DNA of 64,000 nt from assembly GCA_030679995.1 (NCBI GenBank), contig JAUXSK010000018.1:121492-185491 (forward strand), given 5' to 3'. The notes under the pieces were generated by a model that had not been told where the DNA came from, did not search any database, and saw only the letters and a list, made by a program, of their open reading frames with translations. The DNA is from Candidatus Moraniibacteriota bacterium (GTDB taxonomy: Bacteria > Patescibacteriota > Minisyncoccia > Moranbacterales > UBA2206). Of the stretch, positions 56,310 through 64,000 are shown one piece after another; position 1 is the first letter of the stretch; every line of letters begins with the position of its first letter. The translations under genes were made by a program, and so were the position numbers.

Positions 56310-56681
56310 ATGATGTCTACGAGAATCGTTTACTGGAAGCCTGCGGCGAAAAAAAGAGCCACCTGCCGCATAAATCCAATCGCGAAATGGGGTGAGGCAT
56401 ATTGTTCTTTATGTCAGACGAAGTTGACGCAAGAAGAGGAGCGTGCAGGAATAGAATTTCATTTCAATTGCGTCCTGCTGAGATGTAAAACGCTTTTGAA
56501 GAGGCATGATATTTCCGTCCCATCGCAAGGAACGGAGAAATTTCTTAAGCACCTGTTTTTTTCTAATGAAATTACGGAAGGAAAAGCGGTGATAGCGGAG
56601 GGGACTTTTTTCTTTCTGAGCGCGACAGATCCGTTTTTTTCATTCAACCGGCTTCGTCGTGAAGCGGAGGCGTTCGGATAG
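56310..56681 (+). CDS. Hypothetical 123-aa protein.
   Basis: Strong SD (GAGGAGGAAG) before the ATG. Cys pairs CRINP...CSLCQ. No homology recognised. Confidence 0.4.
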   Translation: MMSTRIVYWKPAAKKRATCRINPIAKWGEAYCSLCQTKLTQEEERAGIEFHFNCVLLRCKTLLKRHDISVPSQGTEKFLKHLFFSNEITEGKAVIAEGTFFFLSATDPFFSFNRLRREAEAFG

Positions 56682-56843
56682 TATTGCTATCCGTATTGAG
56701 TTTGTCCATTCAACTGTAATGGACAAGCTCTTTTTTATGATTTTGAAGCTGGCAGGAAAGCCATTATTGCCAGAAACGCTTCCCAAAAACAAAAATATGT
56801 TGTACCATAGAAACTCGATATTATTTTTTTATCCTATCCGGCT

Positions 56844-58295
56844 ATGGCGAATGATAACGTGGCGGTCAGATTCAATAAGGTGTCCTTCGAATACGGACGC
56901 GACAAGCCTATTTTAGACGAGGCGTCTTTCGCGTTGCGCCGCGGTTCGAAAATCACCCTGATGGGCCAGAACGGAGCCGGCAAGAGCACGATCCTTAATA
57001 TGATCACTGGGGAATTGAAAGTGCACGACGGTTCTATCTATGTCGATCCGGGTTTGAGGATCGCCTATGCCAAACAAGTCATTCCGCGCGAACAAATGCC
57101 GCTGACTATGCGGGAATTTTTCGCGGCTTGTTTTTCTGGAAAAGATTATGAGCTTGACCGGCAAATTGAAGATGTTTTGGAAGTGGTCAACTTGAAGGCG
57201 CCGTCCGACCGGCTGATCAAAGACTTTTCCGGCGGGCAACAGGCACGTTTGCTCTTGGCTTCCGCTTTGATCCAGAATCCGGACATTTTGATTTTGGACG
57301 AGCCGACCAATAACCTGGACCGGGCCGGCATCGAACATTTGACCCAATTTTTGATAATGTATGATAAGACTTGCATCGTCATTTCGCACGATGCGGACTT
57401 TTTGAATATGTTCACCGACGGCGTGCTGTATCTGGATGTTTTCACGAAAAAAATCGACCAATATATCGGCGACTACTATGTGGTGGTGGCGGAAATCGCG
57501 GCTCGCATTGAAAAGGAAGAGCGCAAGAACGCGCAATATGAAAAAGAAATCATCGCTAACAAAGAAAAAGCTAATTTTTTCGCCAACAAGGGAGGCGGTA
57601 TGCGTTTGGTAGCTAAGAAGATGCGCGAAAAAGCGGCGGCTATGGAGGAGGCCAAAGTGGACGTGCGGCGGGAGGACAAGGCGATCCGGGAATTTGAGAT
57701 TCCGGTCCAAGAGGGATTGGGCGGGGAAATATTGAACATCTCGTCTTTTACGATTATGCAGGATCATAAACTGGTTGAAAAAAAAGCTAACATTTCCTTG
57801 AAGAAAAGGAGCCATCTTTTGATTTCAGGACCAAACGGTATCGGCAAAAGTACTTTGATCGAGGCGATGGCGTTAGACAAAGCAGCGGGCGCCAAAATCA
57901 CTGAGGATATGCGCGTGGGTTATTATCGCCAAGATTTCTCGACTTTGAATTTCGACCACACCGTGCGTGAATCGTTGTTTTCCGTGATGCGTTCTGAGGA
58001 TGAGGAGCGGATGCGCAGCGTGGCTTCCGGTTTTTTGTTGACCAAGGAGGTCATCAATGCCAGGATCGGAACCTTGTCCGAAGGCCAGAAAGGCCTAGTA
58101 GCTTTCGCGCAACTGGTGCTTCTGGAGCCGGGGCTTTTGATTTTGGACGAGCCGACCAATCATATCAACTTCCGCCATTTGCCGGTCATCGCCAATGCTT
58201 TGGATAGATTCGAAGGCGCGATGATTTTGGTTTCCCATGTGCCGGAATTCGTGGAACAGATCCGGATCGACGAAGTGCTGGATTTGGAAAAATAG
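56844..58295 (+). CDS. ABC-F family ATPase (two tandem ABC domains, no TMD).
   Basis: Two Walker A sites (GQNGAGKST, GPNGIGKST), two signatures (FSGGQQARL, LSEGQKGLV), a linker with a K/E-rich helix. At 483 aa it is short for the family. Confidence 0.8.
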   Translation: MANDNVAVRFNKVSFEYGRDKPILDEASFALRRGSKITLMGQNGAGKSTILNMITGELKVHDGSIYVDPGLRIAYAKQVIPREQMPLTMREFFAACFSGKDYELDRQIEDVLEVVNLKAPSDRLIKDFSGGQQARLLLASALIQNPDILILDEPTNNLDRAGIEHLTQFLIMYDKTCIVISHDADFLNMFTDGVLYLDVFTKKIDQYIGDYYVVVAEIAARIEKEERKNAQYEKEIIANKEKANFFANKGGGMRLVAKKMREKAAAMEEAKVDVRREDKAIREFEIPVQEGLGGEILNISSFTIMQDHKLVEKKANISLKKRSHLLISGPNGIGKSTLIEAMALDKAAGAKITEDMRVGYYRQDFSTLNFDHTVRESLFSVMRSEDEERMRSVASGFLLTKEVINARIGTLSEGQKGLVAFAQLVLLEPGLLILDEPTNHINFRHLPVIANALDRFEGAMILVSHVPEFVEQIRIDEVLDLEK

Positions 58296-58365
58296 TTTTT
58301 GATTTTTTTAGGTTATGGCGCAGGGCGCAAGCCAGGTACTTTTTATCTTAATAACGGGGGGCGGG

Positions 58366-58644
58366 ATGAGAAAAACCAGATTGTTTTTTTGGGTGGTAAT
58401 ATTGATTTTTTTCGGGGCTATGTTGGAAGAAAGAAGGGTTGGCTTGAGGATTATCCCATTCCAATTCGCTTCGGATGCGGTATGCCTGATTCCGGCGGAG
58501 GCGGAATTGGTGGAAGCGGATTACGCTCTGGCGGGTTGCTACTATTATATCGGCGGAAAAAAGCATTTTTCTGCCGGATATGTCGTTGGCGATGCGGAAC
58601 CGCAGCGTAAAAACGCCTTTAAAATCGCGTTCAGCCAGCCGTAG
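58366..58644 (+). CDS. Possible small membrane protein (low confidence).
   Basis: ORF with a hydrophobic N-terminus (RLFFWVVILIFFGAML). A strong terminator lies immediately downstream. Confidence 0.25.
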   Translation: MRKTRLFFWVVILIFFGAMLEERRVGLRIIPFQFASDAVCLIPAEAELVEADYALAGCYYYIGGKKHFSAGYVVGDAEPQRKNAFKIAFSQP

Positions 58645-58653
58645 CGGGTTTAT

Positions 58654-58696
58654 AGCCTATGGTTCCCTTTTGTGGAACCATAGGCTGATTTTTTTG
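58654..58696 (+). terminator. Rho-independent terminator.
   Basis: agcctatggttcc-cttttgt-ggaaccataggct followed by gattttttt. Confidence 0.85.
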
Positions 58697-58830
58697 TCCC
58701 GCAGGCACCCCTTTACAAAGCGCGCAGGGTATGCTATAGTGGTTTTAATCACAGTAGCGTGCAGCAGTAGCGTAGTCGAACTTTCTTTGCATTGCGGTAT
58801 GTGTATTTAATTAATTTGTACTATATCAAA

Positions 58831-59031
58831 ATGGCACAAGGAACAATCAAACGATTGACTGATCGTGGATTCGGATTCATCACACAAGATGGTGAAGACA
58901 AGGATCTATTCTTTCATGCAAAAGAACTACAAGGTGTAGAATTCAATGACCTGAAGGAAGGCGACCGTGTTCAATTCGAAGTTAGCGAAAGCCCGAAAGG
59001 ACCAAACGCTACCAACGTATCAAGAGTCTAG
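58831..59031 (+). CDS. cspA: Cold-shock protein (CspA family).
   Basis: MAQGTIKRLTDRGFGFITQDGEDKDLFFHAKEL contains the RNP1/RNP2 motifs. An extended -10 tgctatagt sits upstream with a long 5' UTR. Confidence 0.9.
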   Translation: MAQGTIKRLTDRGFGFITQDGEDKDLFFHAKELQGVEFNDLKEGDRVQFEVSESPKGPNATNVSRV

Positions 59032-59043
59032 TTCGATTCGCGA

Positions 59044-59079
59044 ACAAAAAAAAGCTCCGCTTCACGCGGAGCTTTTTTT
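59044..59079. terminator. Bidirectional rho-independent terminator.
   Basis: aaaaaaaa-gctccgc-ttcac-gcggagc-ttttttt. Confidence 0.85.
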
Positions 59080-59224
59080 GTTTGCCAAGAGGTATTGATT
59101 AATTGGATAAAACGGAGTAAGATGCTAGGATTGCAATATTAGGAAAATCTGTATGGTTGTCATCCGAACTGAGCAATGCGGATTCCGGATCAAGTCCGGA
59201 ATGACAATTTTAGATAATATTATT

Positions 59225-60553
59225 ATGAAAAGCAAAATTGAAAAATTCGATATCATGGTGATCGGCGGCGGGCCGGCCGGTATGATGGCGGCCGGACGGG
59301 CGGCTGAACTCGGCGCACACGTGGCCTTGCTTGAAAAAAACGGCAGTCTGGGCAGGAAACTGTTGATTACCGGCAAAGGGCGCTGTAATCTGACGCAGGC
59401 GGAATTCGATGATAAGGAAATCATCAAGAAATTCGGCAGGAATGGAAAATTTTTATTTTCTGCTTTGGCCGCTTTCGGCCCGGAAGAAGTAATCAGATTT
59501 TTCGAAGACCGGACAGTGCCGGTCAAAATCGAAAGGGGCGGGCGGGTTTTCCCGAAATCGGATCGGGCGCAGGATGTGTTGCGGGCGTTGGAAAGATATC
59601 TGGAAACCAGGCCTGTCGGAAATCCGGAAAACAAAGTGGAAATAATTTATGACGCCGATGTGGCTGGCTTTGATGTGGCGCCAGCGGCCAGCGGGGGAAA
59701 AATTGCCAGCGTGAAATTGGCTGAGAAGGGATATATGTCGGCGGAAAAACAAGCTATGATGCCGGCAAGAAGGATTTACGCGGATAAATTCATTATCTGC
59801 ACCGGCGGAAAATCTTATCCGGCGACCGGTTCGACAGGGGATGGTTATCAGTGGGCTAAAAATTTGGGTCACAAAATAATCCCGCCTGCGCCGGCGCTGG
59901 TGCCGGTCAAAACCAAGGAGGCTTGGGTCAAGGATGTGCAGGGATTAAGCTTGAAAAACGTAACCATCGATTTATGGCAGGATAATAAAAAACAAGATTC
60001 GCGTTTCGGCGAAATGATGTTCGCGCATTTCGGTCTGACCGGCCCGATCGTGCTGGATCTCAGCAAGAAGATCGGCGAGCTGATGGAAAAGGGCGAGGTT
60101 GCCATCGCTATCGATTTGAAGCCGGCGCTGGACCACGACCAATTGGACGCGCGTTTGCAAAGGGATTTTAAGGAAAACAGCAATAAGGATTTCATCAATT
60201 ATCTGCCGGAATTGTTGCCGCAAAAAATTATCGCCATCATCATAAATTTGTCCGGCATCGATCCGCGCAAAAAAATAAATTCAGTCACCAAAGAAGAGCG
60301 GAAAAAATTGGTCGGATTGCTCAAGGACCTGCGTCTGACGGCCGATGGCACGACCGGTTACAACCAGGCCATCGTTACTAGCGGCGGCGTGGATACTAAG
60401 GAAGTGGATCCTAAGACGATGCGTTCGCGGATTGTCGACAATCTTTTCTTGGCCGGCGAGATTCTGGATTTGGACGGGCCGACCGGCGGATATAATTTGC
60501 AGATGTGCTGGAGCACGGGTTACGCGGCCGGGACATACGCGGCAAGGCCTTGA
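59225..60553 (+). CDS. HI0933-like FAD-dependent flavoprotein (aminoacetone-oxidase-family dehydrogenase).
   Basis: MKSKIEKFDIMVIGGGPAGMMAAGRAAELG is a Rossmann GxGxxG motif. The C-terminal GEILDLDGPTGGYNLQ is typical of the family. Confidence 0.8.
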   Translation: MKSKIEKFDIMVIGGGPAGMMAAGRAAELGAHVALLEKNGSLGRKLLITGKGRCNLTQAEFDDKEIIKKFGRNGKFLFSALAAFGPEEVIRFFEDRTVPVKIERGGRVFPKSDRAQDVLRALERYLETRPVGNPENKVEIIYDADVAGFDVAPAASGGKIASVKLAEKGYMSAEKQAMMPARRIYADKFIICTGGKSYPATGSTGDGYQWAKNLGHKIIPPAPALVPVKTKEAWVKDVQGLSLKNVTIDLWQDNKKQDSRFGEMMFAHFGLTGPIVLDLSKKIGELMEKGEVAIAIDLKPALDHDQLDARLQRDFKENSNKDFINYLPELLPQKIIAIIINLSGIDPRKKINSVTKEERKKLVGLLKDLRLTADGTTGYNQAIVTSGGVDTKEVDPKTMRSRIVDNLFLAGEILDLDGPTGGYNLQMCWSTGYAAGTYAARP

Positions 60554-60687
60554 GGCGATTTTGCGCCGCAGGCCAGCCGATGTCCGGACGCGGATATGCG
60601 ATATGTCCGGCATTGTATTTTTTTTGCGGAAATGGTAGATTGAATAGGTTATTTTTCTTTTGATATTACGAGCGGCATAGATGGGAT

Positions 60688-62484
60688 ATGCGTCTCCGCT
60701 TGCAGGTATCGCTAAAACAAATGGATAAAAATATTAGAAACTATTTAGTGGCCGCTTTGGGAATTTCAGCGGTCTGGTCTGTCTCCAATTTCGGAGGAAG
60801 GATTTATCAGGCCTTGGAACACAATCACGAACATGGGATGTTAGTCGCCTTTTTCGTTTTAGCGGCTTTGTTTATGTTGAGCTTCATAGTTTTCTATCTG
60901 TCACATCTGGTCAAATTGCCGTCTTTCATTTTGGCGATTTTCTTGGGCTTGGCAGCTAAACCATTATTGACGCCCATACTCGATAATGATGAGCTTTTGG
61001 GTGTGATCGTGAGTTTCGGCGCCACTCTGATATTGTTCGCGGGAGGATTGGAAACGCCTTTCGCCAACTTCAAAAAATTGATTTGGAAAATATTTTCCGT
61101 TTCATTCGTCGGCCTGCTTGTCACGGCTTTCCTGTTTTCCTGGACCATCTGGTTCTTAGGGGGGATTTTCGGATTGGAAATATCCGTCCTGGCTTCCGTC
61201 CTGCTTGGAGCTTTGTTGGCTTCGACTGATCCAGCGGCGATTATTCCGGTTTTGAAAAGGCTGCGTTTCCATAACCGCTCTATCAAAGATATCATCGTTT
61301 CGGAAAGCGCCGTTACGGATGTGGTGGGCACTTTACTGACGGTGGTTTTTTTGTCGTTGGCGGTAGGCGGAGGCCTTTCCGGCGGGATCAATCAATGGTA
61401 TCAGGCTATTTTCAACTATGGAAGCATGGTAGTATTGGCAGCCCAACTTTTTTTCGGGGCGTTGCTGGGTTTGGCGGGTTATTTTTTTCTGGAACTTCTT
61501 TTGCGCGCCAAGCACCTGTATGGGGAAGAATTTGAAGCGGATGCCGCTTTTTTCATCTCGGTGCCGGTCATCATTTTTACCGGCGCTATCTTTTTCGGCG
61601 GCAGCGGATATTTGGCTGCTTTCATAGCGGGATTGATTTTCCATATCACCGAACATTTGAGCGAGACTGAGAGATTTTTTAATAACCTAGTGGATGGTTT
61701 CCTGAAGCCGATCATATTCATCCTATTGGGAGCTTTGGTCGATCCGGTGCAGCTGCTGACATATGCGCCGATCGGCATCGTGGCCGCCTTGATATTCATG
61801 TTCATCATCCGTCCCGTAGCGGTATTCGTTTCCTTGGGCGGCTTCCATTTTTTCGGACGGGAAAAATTGAGTTGGCGTGACCTGCTGTTCATTTCTTTCG
61901 TGCGTGAGACTGGCGCCATCCCGGCCGTGTTGATGGTGACCATCATCAGCTTGGGATTGGCAGGTATGCGGGGCTTAGTCGAGATAGGTATGTGGACGAT
62001 CCTCCTGACTTTGATCATCGAGCCGTTGCTGACGCCGTTCGTCGCTAAATATCTCCAGGTGGCCGAAGAAATGAAGGACCGGACCAAGGCGCCTTTGAAT
62101 AAAAAATCCACAGTCGTTTTGGTTACGCGAGGCGAATCTTTCCTGGACAGGATGCCGTATGTGGCCAAATGGGCCTCGAAACATTCGATCAGTGATGTCG
62201 CGGTTATGCTATGTTTGGAAAATAAATATTCGGCCGCGCTGGAGAAAGATATCAAAGCGAAAGCGCAAGTGGCTTTCGCGCGGGAAACCGGAGAACTTAA
62301 GAAAAAATCCTTGGATCATATCGATTTCACTTTCATAAGCCGCAAGGGGTCGCTGCATGAAAACATCGACAATCTGGCGAAGACCGATAATAAGGTCGTG
62401 GCTATATTTGTAGGTAAGAAGATGCTTGATTACCGCTTGTCCGAGATAAAACAATTGGCCGTCCCGTTCTACTTTATGGATTAA
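60688..62484 (+). CDS. Monovalent cation:proton antiporter (CPA1/NhaP-like) with a C-terminal cytoplasmic domain.
   Basis: About 12 TM helices with a LASTDPAAIIPVL-type motif, then a ~150-aa soluble tail. The start is possibly MDKNIRNYL at 60721. Confidence 0.7.
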   Translation: MRLRLQVSLKQMDKNIRNYLVAALGISAVWSVSNFGGRIYQALEHNHEHGMLVAFFVLAALFMLSFIVFYLSHLVKLPSFILAIFLGLAAKPLLTPILDNDELLGVIVSFGATLILFAGGLETPFANFKKLIWKIFSVSFVGLLVTAFLFSWTIWFLGGIFGLEISVLASVLLGALLASTDPAAIIPVLKRLRFHNRSIKDIIVSESAVTDVVGTLLTVVFLSLAVGGGLSGGINQWYQAIFNYGSMVVLAAQLFFGALLGLAGYFFLELLLRAKHLYGEEFEADAAFFISVPVIIFTGAIFFGGSGYLAAFIAGLIFHITEHLSETERFFNNLVDGFLKPIIFILLGALVDPVQLLTYAPIGIVAALIFMFIIRPVAVFVSLGGFHFFGREKLSWRDLLFISFVRETGAIPAVLMVTIISLGLAGMRGLVEIGMWTILLTLIIEPLLTPFVAKYLQVAEEMKDRTKAPLNKKSTVVLVTRGESFLDRMPYVAKWASKHSISDVAVMLCLENKYSAALEKDIKAKAQVAFARETGELKKKSLDHIDFTFISRKGSLHENIDNLAKTDNKVVAIFVGKKMLDYRLSEIKQLAVPFYFMD

Positions 62485-62501
62485 CATATTTGGGTTCTTG
62501 A

Positions 62502-62530
62502 TTGACAACTGTTGGCGCGATAGCTATACT
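62502..62530 (+). promoter_or_regulatory. Sigma70-like promoter for the ECF sigma gene.
   Basis: TTGACA, 17 nt spacer, TATACT. Confidence 0.55.
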
Positions 62531-62570
62531 CGACCGTTGTAACCATTAAGCTGGCGCAGGCGAAGCCAAT

Positions 62571-63158
62571 TTGGCAAGTTTCCGCCATAAACCGGCAAAA
62601 ACAATGGAGAAAGAAGATCGACAATTGATTGCGGATTTTCTGGGCGGGGAAGACGCGGCTTTCGAACGGCTGGTCGGCCGTTATTTGAAACCGGTTTACA
62701 ATTTTTTATATCAATTCACCCAGGACAGGGACTCGCTGGACGATTTGGCGCAGGAAACTTTCATCAAGGCTTGGAAGAATATCAAAAAATTCGATCCGGA
62801 AAAAGGTTTCAAAACCTGGATTTTCATTATCGCCAAAAACACGGCCTATGATTTTTTTAAAAAGAAAAAAACCTTGCCATTTTCCAATTTTATTGATGGG
62901 GAAGGAAATAATAAATTGGAAAATATAGTCGAGGACGGTCCTCGACTGGAAGAAGTCTTGGCTGGCAATGATTCGGCGCGAGAGCTGGAAAAGAAGTTGC
63001 AAGAAATTCCGGATAATTACCGTGTCCTTCTGATGATGCGGTACAAGGATGATTTTTCCTTGCAAGAAATCGCCCAAATTCTTGACCTGCCTTACAATAC
63101 CGTCAAAAGCCAGCACGCCAGGGCCTTGGCGAGCCTCAAGAAGATCTGGCCGGCCTGA
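62571..63158 (+). CDS. ECF-type sigma-70 family RNA polymerase sigma factor.
   Basis: Region 2 (YNFLYQFTQDRDSLDDLAQETFIKAW) and region 4 (FSLQEIAQILDLPYNTVKSQHARALASLKK). Confidence 0.85.
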   Translation: MASFRHKPAKTMEKEDRQLIADFLGGEDAAFERLVGRYLKPVYNFLYQFTQDRDSLDDLAQETFIKAWKNIKKFDPEKGFKTWIFIIAKNTAYDFFKKKKTLPFSNFIDGEGNNKLENIVEDGPRLEEVLAGNDSARELEKKLQEIPDNYRVLLMMRYKDDFSLQEIAQILDLPYNTVKSQHARALASLKKIWPA

Positions 63159-63201
63159 TCTATCGATCCGTAAAATTCGACCGATCCGAAATTTTCCCAA
63201 C

Positions 63202-63235
63202 GTGTCATCTTCACACGGCCGTGCGAAGATGACAC
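63202..63235. repeat. 34-bp near-perfect palindrome.
   Basis: GTGTCATCTTCaCACGGCCGTGcGAAGATGACAC has two symmetric mismatches. It generates the mirror-image ORF pair in the track (SSHGRAKMTH / SSHGRVKMTR). Confidence 0.8.
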
Positions 63236-63482
63236 ATCGATTAAAAAGGCTGAAAGCCGGATTGCCAAACGGGCGAAAAGAAGATGTGTGTCCTTTGCGG
63301 GCGCATTTTTTCTTTTTATTCTGGATGGGATTGGAACTTTTCGCATGTTGCATAAATACAAACATCTGCTATGATAGAGGACTGCTTTTGGGCAGGATGT
63401 ATTTTTAAAAATTGAGGCTTAAAACAACTGCTTTTCAGATATGAAATAAATCATCGATCAAGAACATCAAGAGGAGGGCAAA

Positions 63483-63920
63483 ATGATTGCGGAAAAATTG
63501 CTTGAAAGGGTTATCGCGGAAGGCAAAGTTTTTAAAGTTGGAAATAGTTTCTTTTTTGCCGCGCAAATACCGGACGATTCGGTGGGATGTAGCGGTTCTC
63601 GTTGTTCATGTTGCAATGGCAAAGTAGCTTATTGCAATCATGTGTGCAAACATTGCGGATTGCCTTTTGTCGGTCCGTGTGGTTTTCCGCAATTGCCGCA
63701 TTGGGAGGCTATGTCTATCGATATGAGGATAGATATGGTCGAGATGGTTTTTAATCAAAAAGATAGAAGAGGACGTCTTGAATATGCAGGGGTCAAATTT
63801 TTTCCACTAACCCCCAGCGAATTGCTTGAGGTTGAGGATCCGGATAAGCAAGCCGCCTGGTCATTTCATGATATCCATGGCGTGTATCCGTATGAGATCA
63901 GGGCAAAACTTATGGGTTGA
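63483..63920 (+). CDS. Cysteine-rich hypothetical protein (9 Cys in 40 residues). Possible zinc-binding partner of the ECF sigma.
   Basis: Strong SD (AAGAGGAGGG). CSGSRCSCCNGKVAYCNHVCKHCGLPFVGPCGF. Own extended -10 tgctatgat. Confidence 0.5.
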   Translation: MIAEKLLERVIAEGKVFKVGNSFFFAAQIPDDSVGCSGSRCSCCNGKVAYCNHVCKHCGLPFVGPCGFPQLPHWEAMSIDMRIDMVEMVFNQKDRRGRLEYAGVKFFPLTPSELLEVEDPDKQAAWSFHDIHGVYPYEIRAKLMG

Positions 63921-63977
63921 ATCAGCCGAACTGACCGTTCAACACAAGATTAAAACAATAATATTGAGGAGGTTAAG

Positions 63978-64000
63978 ATGTATAGTCTGGAAAACATAAG
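63978..64000 (+). CDS. Start of an unknown gene (window edge).
   Basis: GAGGAGG SD then ATG at 63978; only 7 codons are visible. Confidence 0.25.

Noticed and set aside
58299-58610. ORF 58299..58610 (Gly/Arg-rich, 103 aa) overlapping 58315..58644.
   Set aside because: It is the alternative frame of the same region and has low-complexity GGGG runs. Only the frame with a hydrophobic N-terminus, and then only at low confidence, was kept.
63049-63408. Overlapping plus and minus ORFs with mirror-image peptides (SSHGRAKMTH / SSHGRVKMTR).
   Set aside because: They are generated by the 34-bp palindrome at 63202..63235, not by coding sequence.
1-64000. Searched the whole window for tRNA, rRNA and tmRNA genes, for integrase/transposase/recombinase genes, and for toxin-antitoxin pairs.
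   Set aside because: No T-loop (GGTTCGAATCC-like) or cloverleaf candidates were seen in intergenic regions. No ORF has recombinase or transposase motifs. The two repeat-flanked segments therefore look like products of homologous recombination rather than classical mobile elements. This is manual inspection only, so tRNAscan, Infernal and ISfinder should still be run.

Overview
Contig-like 64-kb window from a fairly AT-rich bacterium with a probably monoderm-type envelope. This lineage guess (possibly an uncultivated Patescibacteria/CPR-like organism) is inference only: there are SipW/TasA-type secretion genes, an RND pump with no outer-membrane factor, and many overlapping small operons. Gene content, 5' to 3':
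- a partial ABC exporter;
- a divergent Nudix-like gene in a repeat-flanked islet;
- a giant secreted beta-propeller/Ig protein;
- an amidohydrolase;
- an ArsR-thioredoxin-CDF-ArsP metal(loid) cluster;
- a SAM-riboswitch-controlled metK;
- an RND adaptor+pump pair;
- zur-znuACB with a candidate Zur box;
- a large cell-surface glycan/biofilm-matrix region;
- three unrecognisable proteins;
- housekeeping genes (purC, cysK, ABC-2 exporter, cspA, ABC-F, flavoprotein, a long CPA1-type (cation:proton antiporter) gene, ECF sigma).
The surface region holds several GT2/GT4/GT-C glycosyltransferases, a flippase, a GH81-like glucanase next to a processive GT2 synthase, and a three-paralog TasA-like/SipW operon.
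Most interesting: a ~135-nt conserved structured leader RNA present three times, each ~40 nt downstream of a sigma70-like promoter and ending in an intrinsic terminator. The copies precede a GT2 exopolysaccharide operon, the GH81/GT2 glucan operon and the TasA/SipW fibre operon. Compensatory base changes between copies support a long-range helix. It matches no riboswitch consensus I can recall, so it looks like a candidate novel cis-regulatory RNA regulon for matrix/surface genes.
Also notable: a 7.3-kb glycan cassette flanked by 67-bp direct repeats that carry the 3' ends of two convergent genes; a 58-bp synonymous-only duplicate of an ABC-transporter coding segment; and an unannotated 52-aa basic ORF with a strong SD and terminator.
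All coordinates for non-ORF features were counted by hand and may be off by a few nt.
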